Shown piece by piece: positions 17,533 through 26,795 of a stretch of DNA of 64,000 nt (its first letter is position 1; each line of letters begins with the position of its first letter). The stretch is taken from contig CP045477.1 in assembly GCA_009392915.1 (NCBI GenBank), positions 192,001 to 256,000 on the forward strand, written 5' to 3'. Origin of the DNA: Candidatus Forterrea multitransposorum CG_2015-17_Forterrea_25_41 (GTDB lineage Archaea > Iainarchaeota > Iainarchaeia > Iainarchaeales > CSSED10-239). The notes under the pieces are model-generated. The model had not been told where the DNA came from. It searched no databases and was given only the letters and a program-made list of their open reading frames with translations. A program made the translations under genes and the position numbers.

Positions 17533-18126
17533 ATGGTTGTTAAACAAAATGATTGGATTGAAGTTGAATATACTGGAAAGCTTAAAGACGGTAATATTTT
17601 TGATACTTCAAAGGGAAGAGAAACCTTAAAATTTAAGGTTGGAACTGGTATGGTTATTCCTGGTTTTGATGCAGCTGTAATAGGTATGGATGAAAATACT
17701 GATAAAGATTTTACTATCCCTTTTGCAGAAGCTTATGGACCAAAAAACACAGAAGCAGTTGAAATCCCTAAAACATCTTTTAAAGATGTAACTAATTTAG
17801 AAAAGGGTAAAAGTTATAATTTTATGACAGATATGGGTCCTATAAAAATTGATGTTGAAGAAGTTTTAGATGAAAAAATTAAGGCAACAGTAAATCATCC
17901 TTTAGCTGGTGAAGACTTAACTTTTGAAATAAAACTTGTAAAAATTTTATCTCCAGAAGAAGCTAAATCTTATGAAGATGCATTAATTGCTCAACATCAA
18001 AATCATGAACATGCTCATTCTGATAAAGAAGGTTCTTGTGCATGTGGAGATCCTGATTGTGAATGTGATGATGATTGTGATTGTTCAGATTCAAAAGATT
18101 CATGTGGTTGTGGACACGATCATTAA
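17533..18126 (+). CDS. slyD: FKBP-type peptidyl-prolyl cis-trans isomerase, SlyD-like, with Cys/Asp/His-rich C-terminal tail
   Basis: VEYTGKLKDGNIFDTS..., VGTGMVIPGFDAAVIGM, an IF-insert region, and VNHPLAGEDLTFEIKLVKI. The tail is HQNHEHAHSDKEGSCACGDPDCECDDDCDCSDSKDSCGCGHDH. Confidence 0.9.
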   Translation: MVVKQNDWIEVEYTGKLKDGNIFDTSKGRETLKFKVGTGMVIPGFDAAVIGMDENTDKDFTIPFAEAYGPKNTEAVEIPKTSFKDVTNLEKGKSYNFMTDMGPIKIDVEEVLDEKIKATVNHPLAGEDLTFEIKLVKILSPEEAKSYEDALIAQHQNHEHAHSDKEGSCACGDPDCECDDDCDCSDSKDSCGCGHDH

Positions 18127-18153
18127 TTTTTTTAAAATAAATAGGATATATTT

Positions 18154-18684
18154 ATGAATAAGTTTCTACATTTATTTAGAAAATTTTCTGCATATATCTT
18201 ATTTATTTCTACTTTACTTTCTTTTATTTTTTCTGAAAATGAATTTTTAAGTATTTTATTTGTATCAATTGCTTTCGTTGCTTTTTTTAAAATAAATATT
18301 TTTGAATTATTTAAAAATAAAAGATATTTATCAAAATTAGAATTATTCTTCTCAATTTTATTATTTGTAAAAGTAATTTTATTATTTGATGTAAATATTT
18401 TTTATAAATATTTAAGTTATTTTTTTGGTTTTTTCTTTTTAATAGTTTATTTTTTATTTTTTTCAAATACACAAAATATTACTACAAATATCTTAGGTGT
18501 TAAGAAAGATAAGGCTTCTCAAGAAGATGATCTTGAAGATTATGACAATTATGAGGATGATTCTCAAGAAGTAGAAGAAGATTCTGATTTTGAGTTAGAA
18601 GATGATTTTGAAGAAGATGAAGATAATTTAGAAGAAGATGAAGATGATTTAGACGAAAATGAGGATATTTCTAAAAAACATTAA
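18154..18684 (+). CDS. Membrane protein with extremely acidic C-terminal tail
   Basis: Four hydrophobic segments, then QEDDLEDYDNYEDDSQEVEEDSDFELEDDFEEDEDNLEEDEDDLDENED. No family recognised. Confidence 0.5.
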   Translation: MNKFLHLFRKFSAYILFISTLLSFIFSENEFLSILFVSIAFVAFFKINIFELFKNKRYLSKLELFFSILLFVKVILLFDVNIFYKYLSYFFGFFFLIVYFLFFSNTQNITTNILGVKKDKASQEDDLEDYDNYEDDSQEVEEDSDFELEDDFEEDEDNLEEDEDDLDENEDISKKH

Positions 18685-18745
18685 AAATAATTCCTTTATA
18701 TTTTTTTTGCTTCTATATTATATTATACTTGTTATTAAAAAAAAA

Positions 18746-18827
18746 GCAGGGGTTCCCGAGTGGTCAAAGGGGCACGGCTAAGAACCGTGTGCTTAGTGCT
18801 TCGCAGGTTCGAATCCTGTCCCTTGCA
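18746..18827 (+). tRNA. tRNA-Leu, class II (long variable arm), anticodon read as AAG
   Basis: Acceptor GCAGGGG/CCCUUGC (one G-U pair). Anticodon stem CACGG/CCGUG with loop CUAAGAA, so positions 34-36 are AAG. 13-nt variable arm. T-arm GCAGG-UUCGAAU-CCUGU. Confidence 0.85.
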
Positions 18828-18843
18828 TTATATTTTTTTAAAT

Positions 18844-18917
18844 GCTCGAATAGTGTAGCCCGGTAATCATATCAGACTCTCACTCTGATGACGGGGGTTC
18901 GAATCCCCCTTCGAGCA
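18844..18917 (+). tRNA. tRNA-Glu (CUC)
   Basis: GCUCGAA UA GUGU AGCCCGGUAA UCAU A UCAGA CUCUCAC UCUGA UGAC GGGGG UUCGAAU CCCCC UUCGAGC A. Confidence 0.9.
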
Positions 18918-18972
18918 CTTATAATATTTTTTAAAAATCTATTTAATAACTTAAATTTGTAATTACTTAATT

Positions 18973-20421
18973 TTGTGTTTTATTATGATTTTCAAACAAT
19001 CAAAGAATCAAATTAAAAGAGATTTCTCTTTTTCTGTAAAAGATGGGATTTTTTGGGTACTAATGAATTCTATAGCTATAATTTTTTTAGTTCCATATTT
19101 AGTTTCTTTAGGTGCAAATTCTTTTCAAATAGGTCTTTTAAATTCATTTCCTTTATTTATAACTTCTTTTTTAGTTTTAATATCTTATAAACTTTTAAAA
19201 ATATTTAAATCTAAAAAACATGCAGTTGTAATTTTTTTAACATTACAAGCTTTAATGTGGATTCCTCTTGCAATGGCTTATTTCTTTTTTCCAAATTCAA
19301 TTACTATTTGGATTATAATTTTAATTTATACAATAATAACTGCTTTAGGAACAATTATTCATCCAATTTACATGGACTGGATAAGAAAACTTTTTCCAAC
19401 AAAACAAATGGGTTCTTATATTGCAAAAAAAAATATAATTTTAGAGTTTGTTTCAATTTTTCCAATTTTTTTAATAGGTTATATTTTAGATGTTATTTTC
19501 AAATCAAATACTTTTATTGGTTATTCAATAATTTTTGTATTTGCAGGAATATTTAGATATTTTTCAACAAGATTTTTAAATAAAATGAGTGAAACAGAAG
19601 ATAAAGAAGCTATTTTAAAACTTGTAAAAGAAAAAGAAAAAATTCCTCTTTTAAAATCTTTTAAAGATGAAGTTATAAAAGATAAGTCTTTTTTAAAGTT
19701 TTTAATTTTTATCATTCTATCATATATTGGTATTCACTTAGCAACTTCTTATGTTTCTTATTTTGTTTTAAACTTTTTAAATTATTCTTCTACTCAATAT
19801 GTTCTATGGAAAATTTCTTTTATTTTAGGAACTGTTTTAAGTTTAAGTTATTGGGGTTATATTTCAGATAAATATAGTCCTGTAAAAGTTTTACAAATAA
19901 GTACTTTATTTATGCCTTTATTTTTAATAATTCCTGCATTCTTTTATTCTAGTTATTCTTTAATGATTTTTTCAATTTTTGTTGGAGGTGTTATTTTTGG
20001 TGCTTTTAATTTAGGGGTTTTAGATTATCTTTTTAAAAATATAAAAAGAGATTTAATAGGTCATAGTTCTTATTTTTTAATAATACAAGCAAGTTCAATT
20101 TTTATTGGAACTCTTCTAGGTTCTGGAATAATTTATTTAGCAACAAAATTTTATTCTTCAGAATTCAAGGCTTTAATATTTTTATTTGTATTTACAATAT
20201 TTTTTAGATACATAGCATTTTTCTATTCTTTAAAGCTTAAAAAATTAGAAAGAAGAGATCTTAGATTTTTTAAATATGTTATTTTTCAAAGACCTGTTCT
20301 TTATGGTTTACTTCAATTTACTCATCTTTCACATGAAGAAAAAAAATTACTACTTGATTTAAAATTAAAATCTGAATTTAAAAAAATTAAATCAAAATTA
20401 TTTAATCAGAAAAAACAGTAG
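18973..20421 (+). CDS. MFS-type transporter
   Basis: About 12 hydrophobic helices with a central cytoplasmic loop (NKMSETEDKEAILKLVKEKEK), which is the major-facilitator layout. The likely start is ATG 18985. Substrate unknown. Confidence 0.6.
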   Translation: MCFIMIFKQSKNQIKRDFSFSVKDGIFWVLMNSIAIIFLVPYLVSLGANSFQIGLLNSFPLFITSFLVLISYKLLKIFKSKKHAVVIFLTLQALMWIPLAMAYFFFPNSITIWIIILIYTIITALGTIIHPIYMDWIRKLFPTKQMGSYIAKKNIILEFVSIFPIFLIGYILDVIFKSNTFIGYSIIFVFAGIFRYFSTRFLNKMSETEDKEAILKLVKEKEKIPLLKSFKDEVIKDKSFLKFLIFIILSYIGIHLATSYVSYFVLNFLNYSSTQYVLWKISFILGTVLSLSYWGYISDKYSPVKVLQISTLFMPLFLIIPAFFYSSYSLMIFSIFVGGVIFGAFNLGVLDYLFKNIKRDLIGHSSYFLIIQASSIFIGTLLGSGIIYLATKFYSSEFKALIFLFVFTIFFRYIAFFYSLKLKKLERRDLRFFKYVIFQRPVLYGLLQFTHLSHEEKKLLLDLKLKSEFKKIKSKLFNQKKQ

Positions 20422-22924
20422 CTGTTTTTCCTCCATCCCATGTAATTCTTGGTCTTATTTTTAGAAGCATTACTTTTTCGGAGTTATCATCAATCATTAT
20501 TGCATATCCTTGTTCTTTTGGCATTTGTGCATAATATTTATCCATAGGTATATTTAGATAACTAGGTCTAATTGATGAAACTGCTTGAATATCTTCTTGT
20601 GCTGTCATTCTCATACTTAAGAAAAGATCACATTGAGAGATTGTTTCAGAATGTAGTTTATTTGGTCTTTGGGTTGCAAGGATTAATGAAAGTCCTGGTT
20701 GCCTTCCAACTCTTATCCATTGCAATAAAACATCTAAAGCCATACTAGGTCTGTCTTGAGGCATAAACATGTGTGCTTCATCTATTACCATCCAGACAAT
20801 AGGCATTTCACTTGTTTTTCTTTTTCCTTCAAGAAGATTTTTTTCTTCTTCTTTTCTATAAAGCATTCTTTCTTCATATAGTCTTTTTCCTAAAAGTCCA
20901 ACTATAAGTTCTTGAACTGATTCCATTCCAATTGCTTGTTTATATGTTGAAACATCAATTGTTGTAATTGTTCCTGGCTTTGCAAATTCTTTCATAGTTG
21001 TTCCTGATTTTGAAAAAAGACCCCATGATTTTGCAATTTTCATTCTATTTATTAAAGAGTCTTTAATTTCTTTTGTTGTTTCTGAATCTGTTAAAGCTAC
21101 TTTAATAATATCATCAATATCATAAAGATTTCCAAGTTTTTGTTTTAAAATATCAATACTTCTTGACAGAAGTCCAGATTCTGGATCTCTCCAAGTTAGT
21201 CTAAAAAGACCAAGCCAGTCTTCTAAATCTACTTGTGAAGATCTTATTGAAAAAGGTGAATCAAAAGGTATTTCTTTTTCTTTATAAAAATCTTGTTTTC
21301 CTGCAGGAATCATATTTCTAATACCAATACCATCTGCCTTTAAATCCCATTTATCTAATAGTTCTTTAGGTACTTCTTTATTTGGATAGTTCATGGTCCA
21401 AAAAATACCTACAGTGTCAATAACAATTACAGAAAGTCTATCTTTAACATCAAAAGGTTGTCTTGCAAATTCTTCCATAACAACAGATAGAGTATAACTG
21501 TTGTGTATTATTATATTATTTGCAATAAAATTATGGTTTTTTAAAACTGTTATGTCATAAACTTCAAATTTTCCTTTTAAATGATTAATTTCTTTAATCT
21601 CATCCCAATAGATATCTGATGTTGCTATTTTTTCAAGTTCTTTATTATTTTCTTTTTTTGCAATAATTAATAATTTTTCTCTTGAAGGTGCATAATTTAT
21701 TGATGATCTAATTGCTTTTGGTGTTTTATAATTAAATTCTACACCAATATTTTTCCATCCGTTTAAAGGTTTAAAATTATTCCAAATTTCTTTAGGAATT
21801 GTATCAATATTTGGATTTTTAATTTTATTTTTATATTTTAATGTTTTTTTTTCTTTTTCTCCAATAAATCCAATTTCTTTAATATATTTTTCTACATCTT
21901 GTTCTAATATTTCAAGTTCATAACTATCTCTTTTTTTAGTTTTCTTTTTTCTAATTTTTGAAAGTATTTCTAGTTTTAATAAGATTCCTTGAATCTGTAG
22001 TATCATTTTTTTAGAAGAAGATGAGTAACTTATTCTACATCTTTTTTCTTTTTCAAAATAAATTGTTCCATCACAACTAAACATTCTATTTAAAAATAAA
22101 GCAAGGTTTTCTTTTTTTTGTTTAAATATAATTTCTGGAATTTCTTTTTGATATGATAATTTATTATACATTCCAATTTGTTTAATATATTCTTTTAAAC
22201 TTCCTTTCTGGTATGGATTTTCTTTTCCTTTTTTCCATATAACTTTGTAATTATATTTTCCTATTTCTTTTAAGTCTAGTTCTTTATCAAATAATTTTAT
22301 TGAAGATCTAAAATCATTTACAATTTTGTCATCACCATTACAAAAAAGTACAACTCTATTTGAAAGATGCCCTTCTGCAAGAAGATATGCAATTAATTTA
22401 ATATTTTCTTTTTTTAATTTATCTTTACCTATATTATTTAATTTTCTAGGTGTTGCAATTCTTGACTTTACTTTAAGATCTTTTGCTTCTTTCCAACCTT
22501 CTAAAGTAAGTAATGGATGTTCTAAAGTTAATTTTATTTCTTTTCCACTTCTAAGTTTAATTTCTAAAAGTTCATTTACTTTTCTTTTAAAAAAGTTTTC
22601 TTTTTTAGCTTTTTCTATTTTTAAATTATCATTAATAGACATTACTTTAAGATTTGTATTTTCTAAATCTTTTATTTCAATTTCTCTTCCATCTTCTAAA
22701 GCTATTAAAGTGTCTCCAGTTACACATTTTCCGCCGCCCCTTTTTCCGCAGATAATCATTACATGTGATCTTGAAAGATCCATTAATACTTTTTTACCTA
22801 AAACAGGGTCATCTCCTCCAGAGACAACTACTTTTCCTAAATATCCAGTTGCTTTTTCTTTGTATTTATCAAGATCGCTTTGTTTTCTTCCAACTACAAT
22901 ATTATCTGTAAAATCTAAACTCAT
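20402..22924 (-). CDS. HerA-like (DUF87/COG0433, FtsK-HerA superfamily) ATPase interrupted by an intein
   Basis: The spliced Walker A would read ICGKRGGGK-SYTLSVVMEE. Walker B: WMVIDEAHMF. HerA-typical block: LATQRPNKLHSETISQCDLFLSMRMTAQEDIQAV. C-terminus: KIRPRITWDGG. The exteins are 66 + 365 aa. Confidence 0.85.
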   Translation of the reverse strand: MSLDFTDNIVVGRKQSDLDKYKEKATGYLGKVVVSGGDDPVLGKKVLMDLSRSHVMIICGKRGGGKCVTGDTLIALEDGREIEIKDLENTNLKVMSINDNLKIEKAKKENFFKRKVNELLEIKLRSGKEIKLTLEHPLLTLEGWKEAKDLKVKSRIATPRKLNNIGKDKLKKENIKLIAYLLAEGHLSNRVVLFCNGDDKIVNDFRSSIKLFDKELDLKEIGKYNYKVIWKKGKENPYQKGSLKEYIKQIGMYNKLSYQKEIPEIIFKQKKENLALFLNRMFSCDGTIYFEKEKRCRISYSSSSKKMILQIQGILLKLEILSKIRKKKTKKRDSYELEILEQDVEKYIKEIGFIGEKEKKTLKYKNKIKNPNIDTIPKEIWNNFKPLNGWKNIGVEFNYKTPKAIRSSINYAPSREKLLIIAKKENNKELEKIATSDIYWDEIKEINHLKGKFEVYDITVLKNHNFIANNIIIHNSYTLSVVMEEFARQPFDVKDRLSVIVIDTVGIFWTMNYPNKEVPKELLDKWDLKADGIGIRNMIPAGKQDFYKEKEIPFDSPFSIRSSQVDLEDWLGLFRLTWRDPESGLLSRSIDILKQKLGNLYDIDDIIKVALTDSETTKEIKDSLINRMKIAKSWGLFSKSGTTMKEFAKPGTITTIDVSTYKQAIGMESVQELIVGLLGKRLYEERMLYRKEEEKNLLEGKRKTSEMPIVWMVIDEAHMFMPQDRPSMALDVLLQWIRVGRQPGLSLILATQRPNKLHSETISQCDLFLSMRMTAQEDIQAVSSIRPSYLNIPMDKYYAQMPKEQGYAIMIDDNSEKVMLLKIRPRITWDGGKTATVFSD
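21500..22726 (-). mobile_element. Intein (409 aa) with LAGLIDADG homing-endonuclease domain, inserted in the P-loop
   Basis: It starts at Cys67 (GGGK/CVTGDTLIAL) and has block B LTLEHPLL. LAGLIDADG motifs: LIAYLLAEGHL and FLNRMFSCDGTI. The C-terminal splicing block is VYDITVLKNHNFIANNIIIHN/S. Codon positions were checked against the DNA (TGT at 22726..22724, AAC-AGT at 21502..21497). Confidence 0.9.
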
Positions 22925-23601
22925 ATTTTTTCTTTTTTATATTTTTTTAAAAATTCTTTAATTGTTTTTATTGTTATATATCCTGATGCTAATATAATTA
23001 ATATAAATATTATAACTATTAGTACATATGCAATTGATCTTAAATTTATAAAGAAAATAAATAATATTTTAATTAAGTGTGTTTGTATAATTGCTCCTAC
23101 CATTATTGAAATTAAAGCTATGTAAAATAATTTAATATCTTGTTTTGTAAAGAAAATAGCTCTTATCTTATATTTATCTTCTTTAATGATTAAATTATTT
23201 AAAAATATTTTTACAATTAATAATAATGTTTTTATTCCAAGTGTTGAAAATATAATGTATGATATAAAAAATAAAAATTGAGGTATTAATTGAACTAATA
23301 ATTTTACTTGACCTAAAAATGAAGATGTTAATAGTTCAACATGAATATATGCATATTGTATACCTATTGTTAAATAAGCAAATGGTGTGAAAAAAAGATC
23401 TAATGAATTATTAAATATTTCATAAATTGTTTGTTTGAAATAAATTGCACTTGTAAGAGATAAATTTTGTATAAAGTTTGATCCTTCTGTAATTAGGATG
23501 TCTCCTCTTGAGGCATAGATAAAAGCAATTATAATTCCAATAATATATGAAATTCCAAAAGTTGAAGCAATTACTCTATAATAGTTATCTATCTTTACCA
23601 T
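22921..23601 (-). CDS. Polytopic membrane protein translationally coupled to the HerA-like ATPase
   Basis: About 6 hydrophobic helices. Its stop overlaps the ATPase start (ATGA, 22921..22924). No recognisable family. Confidence 0.6.
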   Translation of the reverse strand: MVKIDNYYRVIASTFGISYIIGIIIAFIYASRGDILITEGSNFIQNLSLTSAIYFKQTIYEIFNNSLDLFFTPFAYLTIGIQYAYIHVELLTSSFLGQVKLLVQLIPQFLFFISYIIFSTLGIKTLLLIVKIFLNNLIIKEDKYKIRAIFFTKQDIKLFYIALISIMVGAIIQTHLIKILFIFFINLRSIAYVLIVIIFILIILASGYITIKTIKEFLKKYKKEKI

Positions 23602-23720
23602 ATTATTAAATATATTTAAGAAAATAGTTTAAAAGACTATGGTTTTTAAGTATTATGTTGGTTTTATAAAAATATAGGTTTTTAATATATTTATTGTTTA
23701 TTTAAATGAGATAATTAGAT

Positions 23721-24161
23721 ATGAAAAGAAAAATTAAAGATTTAAGAAATAAAAAAAATACTGCAGAAAATCATTCTGGAGTTTTAAGAATAAAAAGTGA
23801 AAGATTTAAAATTGAAAGAAATTTAGCTTCTCAAAAACCTCTTGCTATGGAATATAAGTCTGAATATAAGCAAGGATGTTTATTTATTAAGAAAATTTTA
23901 GATTATAAACAAAAAAATAAATTAATATTTTTTACTGGAAAACAAGCTGGTGAGATTTTAAAAAAATATCCAAAACTAGATTCTCCAGAAGCTATAAAAA
24001 GTATATTGATTGCAAGTTCTAATCCTAATTTAAATATTAAAAAAATAAATTCTATAGTTTCTGAAATATATAGTAAAAAGATCTCTGAAAAAGAAAGAAA
24101 AGATATTATTTTTACAATGATCAGAAGTATAAAAATAGAAAACTATGAATACCTTTTATAG
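23721..24161 (+). CDS. Hypothetical basic protein
   Basis: A 146-aa ORF with no competing frame. It is Lys-rich and has no motif I recognise. Confidence 0.45.
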   Translation: MKRKIKDLRNKKNTAENHSGVLRIKSERFKIERNLASQKPLAMEYKSEYKQGCLFIKKILDYKQKNKLIFFTGKQAGEILKKYPKLDSPEAIKSILIASSNPNLNIKKINSIVSEIYSKKISEKERKDIIFTMIRSIKIENYEYLL

Positions 24162-24205
24162 TTTTTATTTTTTAAAAAAATAAGAAAAAAAAAGAGAAAG
24201 AAAAA

Positions 24206-24490
24206 CTATTCTTGTTTAATTTCAGTTTTCTTCATTCTTTTTGGTATTACAAAATAACTTTTAGCTTTACAAACTGAACATTCAGCTGTATAAACTGGTT
24301 TTTTATTTTGTTTTTTAACAGGTTTGATTAATTTTGCTTTTCCACCATAACCTGACTTATGTTTAGCTTCATTTTTTCTAGTACCAATAGACATAGCTCT
24401 TGCTTTTCTAGGTTTGAATGCTTTTAATTTTTGTTCTGTATGTTTTTTACATTTTTTACAATATCCTTTTACTGTTTTTGGAAGGTTCAT
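24206..24490 (-). CDS. rpl44e: 50S ribosomal protein L44e (eL42)
   Basis: KTVKGYCKKCKKHTEQKLKAFKPRKA...GYGGKAKLIKPVKKQNKKPVYTAECSVCKAKSYF is the CxxC...CxxC zinc ribbon and conserved core of eL42. Confidence 0.92.
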   Translation of the reverse strand: MNLPKTVKGYCKKCKKHTEQKLKAFKPRKARAMSIGTRKNEAKHKSGYGGKAKLIKPVKKQNKKPVYTAECSVCKAKSYFVIPKRMKKTEIKQE

Positions 24491-24599
24491 AATTATTCAC
24501 TCTTTTTTTATAAATTTTAATTTTTAAATAAGTTGTTCACTCTTACTCTTATATAATATATATAAGCAAGCTTTAAAAACAAATTGTTTTTTAAAGAAT

Positions 24600-26504
24600 T
24601 TAAGAAAAGAACTTTAAAATCTCTTCTTTGTATTCTTTTGTTTTTATAAATTTAATATTTTTAGGAATATGTCTCTTATAATTATCCCATTCATACCTAG
24701 AATCTAGATAAAAAACAACTCCTCTATCTTTTTCACTTCTAATTACTCTACCTGCACTTTGTATTACTTTCTGAATTGCTGGTTGAATATATGCATATTG
24801 CCATCCTTTTTTATAAAGTTTATCATAATATTCAATTCTAGCTTTAGTATAGATTTCTAATTTTGAAAGAGGTATTCCAATTATTACAGCTCCTAAAAGT
24901 AAATTCCCAGGCAGGTCAATTCCTTCTGAGGCTTTTCCACCCATTACTGCAAACAAACAAGATCCTAAAAGTCTAGATCCATCTTTAAAATCATTAATCA
25001 TTTTTTCAAAATCATCAGTTGTACTTTCTTCTAATTGATATATTTTAGGTTTATTTATTTTAATATATTTCTCAATATCTCTCATCATTTCAAAACTTGG
25101 AAAGAAAACAACTGTATTTCCTGGTATGGAGTTAACTATTTGTGAAGTAATATCTCCTATTTTTTTATATTCATCAATATTTCTATTTGTAAATTTTGTT
25201 GTAACATTATTAATTAGAATATCTAGTCTATTTTCTTTTAAAAAAGGGGAATCATATTCTTTTAAAACAGAATTATCTTTAATTCCATATATTTCTTCAT
25301 ACATAGAAAGAGGAGTTAATGTTCCTGACATTATAACAGATGAAAAGCAATTTTTAAAAACTTCTTTTGTAATTGTTGAAACATCTAAAGCATTATTTTT
25401 AAGAGTTATTACATTTTTTTCAATTTTTATATATTTTACAAAATCTTTTTCTTTTATTAAAAACCAACTTTCAAGAAAAAGAGCAACTGTTACAAGAGAA
25501 GATCTAGTTTCATTTTTCTTTTCAATATAGCTAATTCCAGCTTCTTCAATTTCTATTATTTTTTCTTCAATATCTTTTATATGTTTTTCAGAAATTATTT
25601 CATTTTCTTTTACAAATTCTTCTTTTTCATATAGACTTTTTTTATCTTTAAATTTATTGTGTGCTATTTCTTCAAGTTTTAAAACAAATTCTTTTAAGAA
25701 ACTTTCAACATTTTTTTCATCAATTTCTTCTGCTTCTTTAATAGCTCTATTTATTATATTAAGATTAATTGTTTTTGAAAGAAGTTTAATTATTCTTTCT
25801 TCTAAGTTATGTGCTTCATCAACAATAACTATACAATCTTTAATATCTACATTTATTTCTGCAAGGAAAGTTGAAGATATTTTCTTTGAAAATAAATGAT
25901 TATAATCTGCAATTATTATTTGACAAGTTCTTGCAAATATTTTTGAAAACTCATAAGGACAAAGAGGTGCTGGTTTTCCATGTAAATTTTTAAAATCATA
26001 TGAGATATTTCGTGAATTTTCTGCAGAAAGAATTGTAAGACTTCTATTTTCTCTTTCAATTAATTGTTCTGTAATTTCTCTTTCTGTTTTATTTGCAGGT
26101 CTTACATTATTATAAAAAGGACATTGTTTATTCATACATGCATTTTTACAAACTTCATAAAATCCAGCCTTTACTTGTGAAATTCCAGGTTCAATACAAA
26201 GGTTTCTTTTTCCTACAAAATCAATTGCTTTAACTCCTAAATTATACTTAAAATTTATTTCTCTAATAACTTCTAAAGCAATTTTATGTTGAGAGGTTTT
26301 TGGTGTTAGAAAAAGTATTTTTTTATCATGTTCAATTGCATAGCTAATGGCTGCTGAAAGAGAGGCATCTGTTTTCCCAGTTCCTGTTGGTGCATGTAGA
26401 ATAATGTTTTTTCTATTTTCAAAAGCTTCAAGTATGTCTATAATGATTTGTTTCTGTCCTTCTCTAAAGGATGAATGTCTAAAGTATATTTTTTTAAGCA
26501 CCAT
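24600..26504 (-). CDS. xpd: XPD/Rad3-type (DEAD_2) Fe-S DNA helicase
   Basis: Walker A: HAPTGTGKT. Fe-S cluster cysteines: NLCIEPG...VCKNACMNKQCPFY...LCPYE. DEAH box: VDEAHNLE. C-terminal motifs: SGTL, GKASEGIDL, and QSAGRVIRS. Confidence 0.9.
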   Translation of the reverse strand: MVLKKIYFRHSSFREGQKQIIIDILEAFENRKNIILHAPTGTGKTDASLSAAISYAIEHDKKILFLTPKTSQHKIALEVIREINFKYNLGVKAIDFVGKRNLCIEPGISQVKAGFYEVCKNACMNKQCPFYNNVRPANKTEREITEQLIERENRSLTILSAENSRNISYDFKNLHGKPAPLCPYEFSKIFARTCQIIIADYNHLFSKKISSTFLAEINVDIKDCIVIVDEAHNLEERIIKLLSKTINLNIINRAIKEAEEIDEKNVESFLKEFVLKLEEIAHNKFKDKKSLYEKEEFVKENEIISEKHIKDIEEKIIEIEEAGISYIEKKNETRSSLVTVALFLESWFLIKEKDFVKYIKIEKNVITLKNNALDVSTITKEVFKNCFSSVIMSGTLTPLSMYEEIYGIKDNSVLKEYDSPFLKENRLDILINNVTTKFTNRNIDEYKKIGDITSQIVNSIPGNTVVFFPSFEMMRDIEKYIKINKPKIYQLEESTTDDFEKMINDFKDGSRLLGSCLFAVMGGKASEGIDLPGNLLLGAVIIGIPLSKLEIYTKARIEYYDKLYKKGWQYAYIQPAIQKVIQSAGRVIRSEKDRGVVFYLDSRYEWDNYKRHIPKNIKFIKTKEYKEEILKFFS

Positions 26505-26795
26505 TTATTTTCTTAATTAATATTTTGTTTTCTTTATTTTAAGTAAAAGAAGATATAATATATTGTTTCTAAAAGAATATATATCTTTTGTAGGTTCTTG
26601 GCTTTTATAAAATAGTTTATAAAAGTTTCTAATGTATTAATTATCTGTAAAATATATAAATATATTTTATTTTAAGGTATGAATTAAAATGAATAATGTA
26701 AGGGAAATAATTAATTTTCATACATATTTTTTTAAGAATAAAAATTGATTTTTTCTAAACATTTGTCTGGTAAAAAGAAATAAAAAAGAAATTTT

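Noticed and set aside
22326-22961. 211-aa ORF antisense to the HerA-like/intein gene
   Set aside because: It is entirely contained in a gene with strong motif support (P-loop, intein blocks). Its product is Phe/Ser/Leu-rich, as expected from the antisense of Lys/Glu-rich AT-biased coding sequence. There is no SD.
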